Source: Pristiophorus japonicus
Lineage: Eukaryota
Length of the DNA: 64,000 nt
Assembly: GCF_044704955.1 (NCBI RefSeq)
Contig: NC_091978.1
Span: 191,332,001 to 191,396,000 of the forward strand
Direction of reading: 5' to 3'
The notes beneath the pieces were generated by a model that searched no databases, had not been told where the DNA came from, and saw only the letters and a list, made by a program, of their open reading frames with translations. A program made the position numbers and the translations under genes. Each line of letters opens with the position of its first letter. Position 1 is the stretch's first letter. Positions 50,329 through 62,727 of this stretch are shown in pieces.

Positions 50329-51812
50329 TTACACTGGTTTATTATGGAACCATTTTATATGTTTTGGCAGCTGGATCGTGTACACCATAGGACTTGCCTT
50401 TTCCACAATTCTATGTGGTCCTTTGTACAGTGGTTCAAATGCCCCTATTCTGCCATAATTCCTGACCATTACCTGATTGCCTACCTTCCATTCCAGTGTA
50501 ACCCGGGTTTCCAGCAGCAGTTTATTCTGCTGGTGCTGCCTGCCCATATTGCTAGCTTCTTCCCAATGCAGCCCCTTCAGCGTATCATACAGATCTCTGA
50601 CAAACCTATCCTGTGTGACGTCTTTAACCTGCTTTTCGGTCAGGACAGGTGCTAGGATATGGGTCAGCGTCCTCATTAGTCTCCCTGTCATCAGTGCATG
50701 TGGGGAGTGTCCCATACTCTCAGAGAGACTGGCTCGGTGGCTCATCAGTATTAGGGTAGGATCTCATCCCATTTCTTTGGGGTATCTCCTATTTCTTTTC
50801 TAAGCCTCTATTTTAAGTTCCGGTTTGTCCTTTCTACTGGACCTGATGATTGTGACTTATACGCCACATGCCATTTCCCCTGTATCCCTAACAGCTTTAT
50901 GGTGGCCCATATTACCGCTCCAGTGAAATGACTCCCTGGATCTGATTCCAGTATCAGGGGCAGTCCCCATTGAGAAAATACTTCCCACACCAAAATCTTT
51001 GTAGTGATTACTGTGGTGGCCTCCCTAAAAGGAAAAGCTTCTACTCACTTGGTAAAGAGATCTATTAACACCAAGCAATATTTATTGTCTCTGCCTGAGG
51101 TGGGCAGTGGCCCTGTGAAATATATCTGTATAGACTGCCATGGCCCCTCTACCCTTCTTGTGTGTCCCAATGGAGCCTTTCTCTGGTGGGTGTCTGGATT
51201 GTTTGCTGCACATACCAAACATTTCTGGCAATAATCCCTTGCATCACTTCTAAGCCCGGGCCACCATCCCACGGCTTCTACTTTATTCCACATTGTTTCT
51301 GGCCCTGGATGTCCAGCTCCTGGACCCCCATGCACTAACTGCAAGAATTCTTCCCTGCACTGCCCTGGCACAATCCATCTATCTCCCTTAAACAACATTC
51401 CCTGCTTTACTGTTTTGTCTGCAGCTCCCAAAGGTCCCGCTACAGACTTCCCATCTATCTTGTCCCTAATCGCTGCTCGAAGATCTGCATCGCATAACTG
51501 AGCCTGTTTTAAATCAGGCAGCAATAGTACTTCTTTGGGCCCCTCTCTGCCTGTTACAGCCATAATCTGTCCACAGTGATATGGATCTCAAGGTGTCCCT
51601 TCTCTTGCCCCTGTTTTGGCCAGTGTGTCTGCTTTTTCATTCCCTTTCCACTTGGGCTCTGTCTTCGAGTGTGCTTTGATCTTTTGGATGTAGTAATCCT
51701 TCTGGGCACTACCCGTGATGTCCAAAATGACTTTTAAAAAAGGAGCCATCACCAACGGCACAGATAGCCACCAAAGCATTTATACCATACTGTTTGAATG
51801 TAATACAGTCCT
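50329..51812 (-). pseudogene. pol 3' half: RNase H and integrase, disrupted
   Basis: ORF fragments 51588-51779, 51045-51563, 50808-50993 and 50329-50745. Confidence 0.88.
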
Positions 51813-52736
51813 CTGTTTAATGGCCTTGAAGTTGCACGTGGTTCATCAGGTGGACATCAAAGTGGGGAGCAATCTAATGAGATCTCAGAAAGCAATCTTA
51901 ATAACGTGTAAAGATCATTCATGGCAAATAGGGTGCCGAAGTAATTCTACCTATGTGTTAAGCATTTTAGGAGGCAACCCACAGAGTGTTGAGAGGCACC
52001 AACAGCACAAGAACAAATAGTGCATCACATTTATAATTGAAGTAATGAAGGAGTGCATGAATTGAAATTGTACTCAAGCTGATGACCCTTGTCTTATCAT
52101 TAAACTTTTTTTGGCACTGTGTGCCAGTCCTGACCACAATGTCTGAGGCAGAAACCTCCTCAGCTATTTCCCTTAAAATCCTTTTAAATATAGATGGCAA
52201 TAGTCTAGATCCACCCCTAAGATGTAACTCCTGCCATCTTCTTTCCACAGCTCCCACTAGACCTTCATTAGTCTCATGGCTTAATCGCCTGGCACGCTGT
52301 CTGGATTCGTCATCCTCCATGATCAAAATCCAAATGTAAAATGGCTGATTCAGCCCTGGTTGTACTGCGTATGCACGCCCTGTATTAGCGTTTGTGATTG
52401 GAGTCCAGACCAGAAGCTTGGGGGAAAAAAAATTTGTGCATGTGCAGAACGGCCAATTTTTTGAGCACTGGAATTTTCAGCTCCGGCACAAAAAGTGTGT
52501 GGTGCAATGTCGGAGTTAATGGTAATGTTCCTCATGAACTTTAATTTGATGCAAGTTCCTCACTCTGGTGCTAATGTTAACCTGGCATTAAATTTTTGGC
52601 TCCATCGCGAATTGAGCTCAGAAACAGGCAAAAACGCAAAAAGTCACAAATCCAGCCCAAGAAGTCAAGAGTTCATAGTCACAATACCCAACCTGAGTTC
52701 AACTTGATACTTGATGGAATAATGCAAGGATATAAG

Positions 52737-55700
52737 GATGAAGTTTTACCTTTCCGTCAGGATAGGTGGCAGGGGGGGGGCATTGATTGCGAATGTAATG
52801 AAGCCACTGCAATTGAATCAGACATCTGGGTTTCCTGCCCAATTTACTGGAACGAGTCCAATGACATCACCGATGAATGGACTTCAGCTGAGATATTTAA
52901 AGGAGCAATGCACAGATGACAGTTGAAGGTTGATGGAGATGATAGAAAGGTTGTTGGGGAAAAGATTGGATTGTGTTAATAGTGAGTTGCTTATGGTATA
53001 TAAATTTATATTGCTTGATAATCAAAAATGTAGGCTCAACGGCAAAAAATCTGCCCCGAGATTCATTGATGCCTCCTTGGAACTCCTGCTCCAAGGAATC
53101 AGGGCCCGCAGGAGGTCCTCTTCCCTGCTGCCGAGACCAAGAAGGCATGGCTGGAGATCTCGGAAGCAGTGAGCAGCAGGAGTGTGATTGCCAGGTCGTG
53201 GATCCAGTGCAGGAAACGCTTTAATAACTTCATGCGTACAGTGCCACATTGCCCTACATCCTGACGTGCGTCTCACCACAACCCCCCTCACTCTGCCTGC
53301 CCAAACCTACTCCTGCACATTACTCCTCACATCAACTTACCTTGCAGGTGCATCCATCTCTCTCTGTCTAGGCATCTACTCACATCCCCATCTGGCTATC
53401 CACCACTGACACTCACTCTCATCTTAATGCAATCGTAGAATCATTATCACCACAGAAGGAGGCTATTCGGCAATGTCGCACCTCTCCCTCATAGTCACCC
53501 TCTACAGATGTTGCCCATCCATCTCTTACACTCATTCCATGACTCTCATTCAAAGGTCTCTTGTTTCTCTTCTTCCAGAAGAAGAGAGCACAGAACACCC
53601 AGGAGAGGCAGAGAACTGGAGGAAGTGCTGGAGATCAGCGGAGTTGTGGAGCTGCTGGCGGTGGGAGATGGAGTTAGGAGAACCTCCCAGCTATCTGGTG
53701 ACAGAATTAAATATCATACAGCTATATGAGGGATGATGGTGAAAGGGGACATGGAAGTGGGGTCTCTGCTCAAAGCCCTCCCACTTCTCCCCATTGCCCC
53801 CTACTCAGTCACTGTCCCACATGCTGCCTCGGCTCCCGATGATGATCTAATTCATGTCTTTACTCTCCCACAGGCCCAGACACTTGATAGGCCTGTGGGA
53901 GAATAAAGACATGAATTAGATCTGTGATGACAAGAATGTGTTAAGTTACCATTAAGCACATGATCATATTTCACTGGCTGCTGACATCAACTCACCATGA
54001 GTGACTGCTGTATGCCATGCTCCTTGCTAGCAAGGAAGTGCGGGTAGCCAATGAGAGGGATGATGGTGAGAGGGGACAAGGAAGTAGGGGCTCTGCTCAA
54101 AGCACTCTCACTTCTCCCCCATTGCCCCCACTCAGTCAGTGCCCCACGTGCTGCCTCGGCTCCCGATGGCTGAGTCTGCCCCAGCACAGGAGCAGCAGAC
54201 TTTGGCGGGGCACTCACAGGCTCCCGAATTCAGAGGACATCCACCAAAAGTGGCTAAGTAGTCAGAGCAGGGACGTGAGCAGCCTGTCTCTACCTCTGCT
54301 GAAGTCACAGGGGTTGCGTGTCGTTGTGGCAGAAAAAGAAAATAGACAATAGATGCACATGGGTGTGTTATAAAATGTTAAAGGGTGAAGTTTCTGTTGA
54401 AGTTATGAGATACATAAATGTATTTCTTTGCAACACTTTCCTGACTTGTCTATATTTGCCTGATACCTTGAAAGTGGCCTTGTCAGTTGGAGTGCAGTGT
54501 GAGACATTACTTAACTTCGAACAGTGGGTGTCTGTGACAGGAATATTTTTTGTCATTTTAGGACTGCTTTGTGGTGTTGGTGGACCGGTGCAGAGGGAGG
54601 GGGATATTGGTTTAGCATCTGGGTACCATATGGGTGGAACTTAACTCAATCATGTCATTCTGAGGCCATCCTGGGTCTCCCGGACAGCAATGTGCTCCGC
54701 TGCTGGTTCCATGTCCATTTTAGGTTCCTCCTCCTCATGTTCCTCCTGCTCCTCCAAAGAGGCTGTGCGCTCATGCCTTGCTCCTTTTGCAGCACCAATC
54801 CTCGCTGCTGCGCTGTATTGTGCAGTGCGCAGCATACAACAATCATTCATGGAGATTGTGGCTAGTGCGTATTGAAGGGTTCCTCCAGATCTATCCAGGG
54901 ATCTGAAGTGCATATTTAGCATTCCAATTTCTTGCTCAATTAAACATCTCATCGTCATCTGGCTTTGATTGTAGCACTCTTCAGCCTCATTGCTTGGCCT
55001 GTTCAAGGGTGTCATCAGCCATGTCTTCAGTGGATAACCCTTGTCTCCAAGCAGCCAGCCGGTAAGTCTGGTCGGCGGGGCGAAGAGCTGAGGGAGGGTG
55101 GACTAGCGCAGGATGAATGAATCATGGCAGCTCCCTGGAAATCTGACACACACATGCATGATGATCTTTTTGTGGTTGCAGATGAACTGAACATAGAGGA
55201 AGTGGAAGCCCTTATGGTTCACAAAGATTCCTGGGTGATCTGGCGGTGCCTTGATGGGCACACATGTGCAGTCGATGACACCAGTGGGAAGCCAGCCAGA
55301 GCTGCAAAGCCGAGCGCCCGCTCAGTCTGACTGGCTTGAGGTGATGCATTTGTGGGCAGCCGACTGCGCGATCCTGCAAATCCTTGGAAGGAGCCTAATG
55401 TGAAGAAATCGAGGGTGGTGGTGAGTTTGGCAGCCACTGGCAAAGTGTGTCCACCAGGTCCTTTTCTTCTAGCAAGCTACAAATGTGTGCCATGACCTGG
55501 CGCAATAGCCTGAGCCTCCTGAGACACTGGTGTTCAGTCATGTCCAGGAAGCTCATCTTCTGTCTGTATACTCTGTGTTGGGGGTATTGCCTCCTGCGAG
55601 GTGCATGCCTGTGCTCATCCCCTCTCTCCTGTGGAACAGCAGGTCGGTGAGGAGAAGGCTGTTCCTGCTAGGGCGGCTGGTGTCGTTGGTCCAAATCTGA

Positions 55701-56087
55701 GGTCCAAGGTGAAGCAGGATAAGTGGCACCCATGCTAATCTGATATATGCCAGGTAAATTGGAGATCAGAGGCACAATCTTCGAATGAAATGAACATGAC
55801 TTCCAATGTAGTGAGAATAACTTCTGAAGTTGTAGAAATCACCTGCAAACTCCTGAAAGCAAACTCTGTTAAAAAGGCTGTTCACAACCTCTTAATGAGA
55901 TCTAAACTACTTTAATTATGTCACATACCTCTTCCGAGTGGGTCTGTGACACGCTGACTAATGCACTCGAGTTAAAGGCCGAAGCCGGCAGGCTAAAGCC
56001 GGCTTCCTGATACACGGTCAATTTCAGTGCTATTAACTGCCCACCCACTCACAAACCCGCATGCTCATCAAAGTAAAAGATCAGCCC
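52737..56087 (-). mobile_element. PIF/Harbinger DNA transposon D, older and degraded
   Basis: Transposase on minus strand. Myb exon on plus strand from about 53030 (KSAPRFIDASLELLLQGIRARR), exon 2 about 53579-53697. Degenerate TIRs; the right end is AAAAGATCAGCCC and the left boundary is approximate. Confidence 0.75.
54652..55733 (-). pseudogene. Harbinger transposase of element D, disrupted
   Basis: Motifs [20 protein letters not shown] and [33 protein letters not shown], then CCALHN. Confidence 0.85.
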
Positions 56088-56679
56088 TCATAAGCAGAAA
56101 AATCAATTGTAAAACCTTCACCTCCATTAGTCTCAGAGATTAGTTATGCGGCCAAATTGTTTACCTCCAGGGATTGTATTTTTTTTAGATATTGTACAAT
56201 TTTAAATCGTAAAATGAAGAAAACTAAGTTCTACATCTAAACATGTCAAATTTAACAGATACAAGATAAATCAATACTCTTCGTGCATCTCCCCTTCATA
56301 TAACATCACATCGTCCAATACCCAATAATCTAACATCACATAAAATTCTTGCTTTTAACTTCTTTATAAGGGGTGACAAATATTAGTAGGGAAAATATCA
56401 AATATCAATACACCTTGCTGCTATATCCTTAGGCTCTAACAGTACTTACTTTATGATGGAAATGATGAGGTACAAGACAAACCACTACAGATTGTCAGAT
56501 CCAGGTAGCTGTAATTCCTAACACACAGCCAAAGAACAATTGTTCCACTATAAGCATACTAAAATATTTCACACCCTTTGATTTATACATTCTTTAATTT
56601 AAAAAAAATTCTCAAGGCACTTAACAACCAATGAGTTATTTCCAACATAGAGAAAAGTCCATAGAATATTTATAATACA

Positions 56680-56940
56680 AGAACACATGAACACAAGAAA
56701 TAGGCCATTTGACCCCTTGAGCCTGCTCCGCCATTCAATAAGATCATGCCTGATCTGATCATGGACTCAGTTCCACTTCCCTGCCTGCTCCCCGTAACCC
56801 TTTATTCCCTTATCGCTCAAAAATCTATCTATCTCAGCCTTAAATATATTCAATGACTCAGACTCCACAGCTCTCTGGGATGGAGAATTCCACAGATTTA
56901 TAACCCTCTGATGAGAGAAAAAATTCCTCCTCATCTCAGT
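56680..56940 (-). mobile_element. CR1 3' terminal fragment
   Basis: Closely matches the CR1 3' end at about 37690-37950. Confidence 0.85.
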
Positions 56941-57221
56941 TAATTACTCTATCCTCCATATAGTTTTCTACACTGGCTAGAGTCCAGAATGGTCGGTAGA
57001 ACAGAACAAAATGGAAAGAGGCAGATATAACCCAGTTCCATTAGGTAGAAATTGACCTCCTTAAATAAGTTTTCAAAAGTAAAATTGGCTGTATTGCTAT
57101 GCTATTGTACCAACTCACTGATGCACAAGATGAGGAAGGAAGCAAATTGAGATCACTATCAACAAAACTCCCAGGTCAGAAACTGCAGAAAAGTCAGAGT
57201 AGATTTTAAAGATAGTTGTAG

Positions 57222-57878
57222 ATGTTGGCCTTCATTGCGAGAGGGATGGAGTACAAAAGCAGGGAGGTCTTGCTGCAACTGTAAAAGGTATTGGTAAGGC
57301 CGCACCTGGAGTACTGCGTGCAGTTTTGGTCACCTTACTTAAGGAAGGATATACTAGCTTTGGAAGGGGTACAGAGACGATTCACTAGGCTGATTCCAGA
57401 AACGAGGGGGTTACCTTATGATGATAGATTGAGTAGACTGGGTCTTTACTCGTTAGAGTTCAGAAGGATGAGGGGTGATCTTATCGAAACATTTAAAATC
57501 ATGAAAGGGATAGACAAGATAGAGGCAGAGAGGTTGTTTCCACTGGTAAGGGAGACTAGAACTAGGGGGCACAGCCTCAAAATACGGAGGAGCCAATTTA
57601 AAACCGAGTTGAGAAAGAATTTCTTCTCCCAGAGGGTTGTGAATCTGTGGAATTCTCTGCCCAGGGAAGCAGTTGAGGCTAGCTCATTGAATGTTTTCAA
57701 GTCAAAGATAGATAGATTTTTAACCAATAAGGGAATTAAGGGTTATGGGGAGAGGGCGGGTAAGTGGAGCTGAGTCCACGACCAGGTCAGCCATGATCTT
57801 ATTGATTGGCGGAGCAGGCTCGAGGGGCTAGATGGCCTACTCCTGTTCCTAATTCTTATGTTCTTATGTTCTTATATG
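57222..57878 (+). mobile_element. Relatively young 5'-truncated CR1
   Basis: Open 160-aa ORF2 C-terminus VRPHLEYCVQFWSP...KWS*, then (TTCTTATG)n tail. Confidence 0.95.
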
Positions 57879-58236
57879 TAGATGAGATTCTCACCAAATA
57901 AAATATTATGTGAAGGAATTGTAGGTGATCAGAGGGATGAACATTTGGGTTATACAATTTAAGTTTTGTATCACATCAATATTTTTTCTTTGAACATTTG
58001 CCAAGTATTCATGGCAAATATTGTGTCTGAAGCAAAATCTAAGTTTCAAAGTAAGAGAATAATCTAGCAGTCATGAAAACAAAAACTGCTGGAAATACTC
58101 AGCAGGTCAGGCAATATCTGTGGCGAGAAAAACAGCTGGATGATCTTTCATCCGAACTAGCATCAGAATTTTTGTCAGTTCTGATGAAAGGTCATTGACT
58201 TGAAACGTTGAGGGGTGGGGGGGAGGGGCGGGGTGT

Positions 58237-58806
58237 TGTGGTGTAATAATAAATACACTACAAGAAGTCTGTGAAAAGTTAAAGAGTGGTTTATTTAATT
58301 ATCTCGAGGGGAGAATGAATTTTGCTGGGCCTCTCGTAGGCACTCCAATCCTCTAACTCTCCCTGAACCTAAAATGGTTGCCATTCTTATACAGGTACGC
58401 TACTGATGTGGTCATGACATTACATCAATACAATAAAAAAAAATTTCCACAGCACGTACTTGAAAAATGTTTCCACAGCACGTATTTGACATTTCCAAGT
58501 TGTGCCTAACTATCATGCGTGTTACCTTTCTTAGCTCTGTGGTCTGTATTTCTTGACCACGTGCACACTCTTATCTATAAAGATGTATGTTCATCTTGAC
58601 TGCAGTTGCCATCACTGTCTGCTAGTCTAACAATACTCAGGTAGCCCAGTATGCGGTTTCTAGCAGATGGGCTACATCCTGCAGCTATTGGTACTTTCCT
58701 ATAATTGTTCTTGCTGCTATCTCAGCTCATGTGCAAAGCTTGGTCACAAATTGACATTTATTCTAAAATATGTCTGAATTTAATAGCAGGCCCAATTCCT
58801 ACTTCA
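58237..58806 (-). mobile_element. Solo LTR (570 bp) with 6-bp TSD, ERV-like
   Basis: TG...CA termini. GGGTGT at 58231-58236 and 58807-58812. Minus-strand TATAAG near 58390 and AATAAA at 58290-58295. Internal duplication TTTCCACAGCACGTA. Confidence 0.75.
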
Positions 58807-58904
58807 GGGTGTTATCCTAAACAAAGTACAGGTGGGTTAGGAGCGTGGGGGTAGTTACATTGTTAAAAATCGGAATCCTGACATGAACCCACCTCCAACC
58901 CGCC

Positions 58905-59408
58905 TGATGTGGGAAGCACAGTGTTAATGCGAATGTTGTTTTAAAACACTGTAGCTATGTTACAAGTCATGATGGGAAACTTGGCCAAAACAGACAGAAG
59001 CATAGTGTCAGCAGTTAGTATGTAACAGTTTGTATAAGATGTTTCATGATACATTGTTACGGAGGCAATGGGTAAGATAAAACCTTGTTTCAGAGACAAT
59101 GGGTAAAGATGAAACCTTGTTACAGAGGCAATGGGCAAAGATAAAACAGTTGAGATAACAGAATACATCTGTTGAGAGCTTACATGATTAACAATTGACA
59201 GTTGCTCGGATGTTGATCACATAAGCTTGTCAAGTGTCGAGTTTCGCTCCATTGATTATGTATAAATACATTGCCACAACCACTGGTAAAGTTGAGAGAT
59301 TTCGGGACTTGACTTCGGGATGCCAAACGCTCCCCCCTGCATGCTTGTATTAAAGAATTCTCGTATTGTGGACTATAAGTGACTTCGAGTGGTGTTTTTC
59401 CCACAACA
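58905..59408 (+). mobile_element. Solo LTR (504 bp)
   Basis: Terminal inverted repeat TGATGTGGGAA / TTCCCACAACA. TSD CCGCC (58900-58904, 59409-59413). TATAAA near 59261 and ATTAAA near 59349. Confidence 0.88.
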
Positions 59409-61377
59409 CCGCCCATTTCCAGTTTTAATGGAGGCGGGGCGGGGGTGGGAATGAGCGAGGAATGAGGGGGTGGCGGTACGGGGTGGACAGCTAACTCCCT
59501 GCTAGGAGGCAGGATGCCAATTTATATATTACAATGAGGCTGGAAGCTTCTTTAACATACATTTTGTGTTTAACTGCAGCTGGTCAGGTTTTAAACAGCT
59601 CGTAAAACCCGTCACCTACAGCAAGGTGAGGACTGCTGCATCCACGAGGTAAGTGCTTTTACATCTACCTCCTGTATCTAGGGTTCCTGCCTAACCAAAC
59701 TCCTGTGATCGGAGATCCCCTCACGAGTCCTCCAATCCCCGCCCCCTACCCTCCCCAGGCCTCTAATCTCTCCACGAGGCCTCCGATCGCACCACCCAGG
59801 CCTCTAAACCATCCATGAGGCCTCCCCGCTGCCATGCATCTGATTTCTCTCCAGGGCCACCCCCCTCCCCATCTTCATCCTCCGATCTCTCTGCAAGGCC
59901 TCTCCGCTCCTCCTCCAGGCCTCCAATCTCTCCATGAGGCCTCTGCCCGCAACCGCACCCAGCCTCCGATCTCTCCATGAGGCTAACCCACGATGTACTC
60001 CTGCGCCGACTCCAAGTCTATTCTTGGGCTGACCCCCCCACCTGTTCTATTCATGGGCCAACCTGCAACCCCCACCCCGATCTATTCCTGGTTGACCCCC
60101 AGCCGATCTCTCGCTCCCTCCTTTGTGCAACGTAGTACCACAGGCCTACCTTCCCGGAGCCAGGCAGCCTCTCAATCTGGCTGCTGCAGGTGGAAAACAA
60201 AGGACTCACATGCAATCAGGTCATACCGTTAAAGTTAGGAGGGCCTGCGGGAAACCCATTCTCTTGGGCTTCCCTACCACCTAGGAATCCGCCGCCCTTA
60301 ACCTGCCTTCCCCATGAAAATTCAGCCCATTAACTTTGTTTCTCTCTCCACAGATGCTGCCTGACCTGCTGAGTATTTACAGCTTTTTCTGCTTTTATTT
60401 CAGATTTCCAGCATCCGCAGCATTTGGTTTTTGTAATCTAGCAGTATGTTGGAAGCATTGTTCATCCCAATCAGCTGGAAGTTGTGCTATATTAGTACAA
60501 TCTACATACATGTGTCAAAGCAGCGATAAGCAACTTCATGCCATGCTGATGTTGGATATATTTTTGCTGTATTTGTATAATCAAACTTGCCGCTATTTGT
60601 CTCAAGATCCTCCAGGATAAAATATGAGGGTCATAAACTCTTTTCCCCCCCTTTAAAGCATTGAATGGAACTTTAAAGACACATATTAACCAGTTTGTAC
60701 AGCTGAATATCCAGGTCAGCTTGAGGTGCTGACCACAATCCTCACATTCCTGATAGCCAAGCCATAGACATTTCCAGTACAAGCAGGCTTCATCAAAATA
60801 GCAAAGAAAAAGAAATTGAATCCTCAAAAGCATTAGCCCATGATAGCACTTAATTTACCTTTAGCACACTGATTGTGTGCAAAATGAGAAGCGCTTTTTT
60901 CTCCCATTTTTACTGCTCTTTCAGGAATACAGCAATTTATTCATAACACATTCTTGGAGATTGGATGTAATACAACAAACATACAACAAAGCAGCCAGTC
61001 AAAAGAACACTGAACGATGGTGCTGAATTACCCATTAATCCTTATAAATAATGCTCAGTGCATTAATAAAATATTAGAGTGCGCAATTTGAAGCACTAAT
61101 GAAGAATGTACATGGAGAAATGAGCCCTTCAGATAATTCTGGAACATGTGAGAGATTGTAGAAGAGCCTTCCATAGGTCAGAATGATAACCTGCCACTAA
61201 GCTGAAAGTCCAGTTGGTGTGGGAGGCAAATGGACAAGAGATCCTCACAATTTTCCACACTGAAGAGATATATGGAAGAAGGTGTCCTATTGCAAGAAAA
61301 GCTTTGAAAATCACTTTCAATTATGTCATGCTGCTATGAATTGGCATTGTTCCTTCTAAGCGCTGCCATGCAGTAAA

Positions 61378-61838
61378 AGAAAGAAAGACTTGCATTCGTA
61401 TAGTGCCTTTCATGATCACCGGATGTCTCAGTGCTTTACAGCCAATTAAGTACTTTTGGAGTTTGGTCACTCCAATGTAGGAAACACAGCAGCCAATTTG
61501 CACACAGCAAGCTCCCCCAAACATCAATGTGATAATGACCAGATAATATATTTTTTGTTATGTTGATTGAGGGATAAATATTAGCCAGGACACCGGGGAT
61601 AACTCCACTGCTCTTCAAAAATAATGCTAGGGGATATTTTACATCCACTTGAGAGAGCATACAGGGCCTCGGTTTATCATCTCATCTGAAATATGGCACC
61701 TCCAACATTGCAGCGCTCCCTTAGCACTGCACTGGAGTGTCAGCCTAGATTTTTGTGCTCAAGTCCCTGGAGTGGGACTATGAACCCACACCATTCTGAC
61801 TCGGAGGCGAGAGTGCTAGCCACTGAGTCACAGCTGAC
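61378..61838 (-). mobile_element. tRNA-derived Deu-type SINE, second copy
   Basis: Colinear over about 450 bp with 19257-19703. Confidence 0.8.
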
Positions 61839-62650
61839 AAAGTAATGTGTCAGTAAATCCACAGTAATGGGAAAGGTCCCGTGCAGGCTGCTCACCGGCT
61901 TTTGCATTGTAAATACTACGCATATGCAGAAATTTAAAGGGACCGCACATTAAAAGATACCAGTCACGCAGAACAAAGCGCAGCTTACGGAGAACATTGT
62001 ATATGGATATAACTGTCAATGACTTTCCGTTACTATATACTGGTATGAGTGCCTATTAAATTATTTTGGTATAAATTTATATACAAAGATGTTGCCAGTG
62101 TGAACCATGATCGCCTGATAGTTTCATGCAACTATATTGCTAACTTGGATTCAGCCAGTATCTTTAGCTGAAGAATAGTACGAAACAGAAAATTCGAATA
62201 CTTCTAAAATAATACAACAGGTCAGAAAGGGCAGGCCTGTTTACCAAAAGCTGAGAAAGATTGTTCATGAGCTGTCCTTTTGCACCGATGATTATATGAA
62301 AGTATTCACTCTGCTTTTCCATCTTTAGCTAACAAGATATTTTAAATTAAATTCTGCTAAACATGACCATAATACACTGTTATGTAACTTTTGCAGGATT
62401 GCATCTCAAGTAATCTGTACCATTCCTTTTTTAGTGAAAGAAGAGAGTCTTTCACATGTGCCACTGTGCCAGGATTGGTGATGGCACACACAGATACAAC
62501 CCCTTGAGCTTTATCATCATAATATCAAAGTTTTGGTTGGAGGTCACACAAGGGCTGAAGGAATCAATTTTGTGGAGATGATAATGGCTTTGGTTTATGC
62601 TATAGTAATTAAACATTGCTACAGTACCAATGATTTATTACTTTTATCAG

Positions 62651-62727
62651 GTTCAAATGGGGAATATAGTGAAGGTCAGAGTCTGAAAAGCAGAGATTAC
62701 TGCTGGAACATTGGGCTCCAAAAGTAG
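62651..62727 (+). CDS. Candidate terminal coding exon of an unidentified host gene
   Basis: Acceptor TTTATTACTTTTATCAG. The phase-1 reading GSNGEYSEGQSLKSRDYCWNIGLQK* is phase-compatible with 39463-39660. Confidence 0.25.

Larger units (their letters stand above)
47195..51820 (-). mobile_element. Endogenous retrovirus-like fragment (RNase H, integrase, env, extra ORF), lokiretrovirus-like
   Basis: RNase H C-terminus KIKAHS...GNEKADTLAK. Integrase HHCC plus GPWQSIQIYFTGPLP, LESDPGSHF, SSGPVERTN and YKGPH. Env with signal peptide and RWKR furin site. Gag, RT and LTRs not found; boundaries approximate. Confidence 0.85.
42250..52320 (-). pseudogene. Myb/SANT gene of Harbinger C (exon 1 52320-52078, exon 2 remnant about 47190-47098, exon 3 from 46812, split by Gypsy)
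   Basis: Exon 1 reads RARRLSHETNEGLVGAVERRWQEL...EIAEEVSA...RTGTQCQKKFND. Exon 2 remnant EDRVAGLIG ends at G|GTATGT. Confidence 0.72.
40216..52658 (+). mobile_element. PIF/Harbinger DNA transposon C with nested Gypsy and retrovirus-like element
   Basis: TIR GGGCTGGATTT / AAATCCAGCCC (TSD not conserved). Transposase on plus strand, Myb exons on minus strand. Confidence 0.8.
58211..60328. mobile_element. Non-autonomous Harbinger-like insertion hosting two solo LTRs
   Basis: Right end AAAATTCAGCCC resembles the other Harbinger TIRs. The left TIR is not clear. It interrupts the foldback element. Confidence 0.45.
58078..60435. mobile_element. Foldback Penelope-type repeat with a minimal hammerhead ribozyme core, split by a 2.1-kb insertion
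   Basis: The arm at 58078-58135 is reverse-complementary to about 60335-60395. Core CTGATGA-AAGGTCATTGACTT-GAAACGTT at 58181-58209 resumes with TAAC at 60331. Confidence 0.65.
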
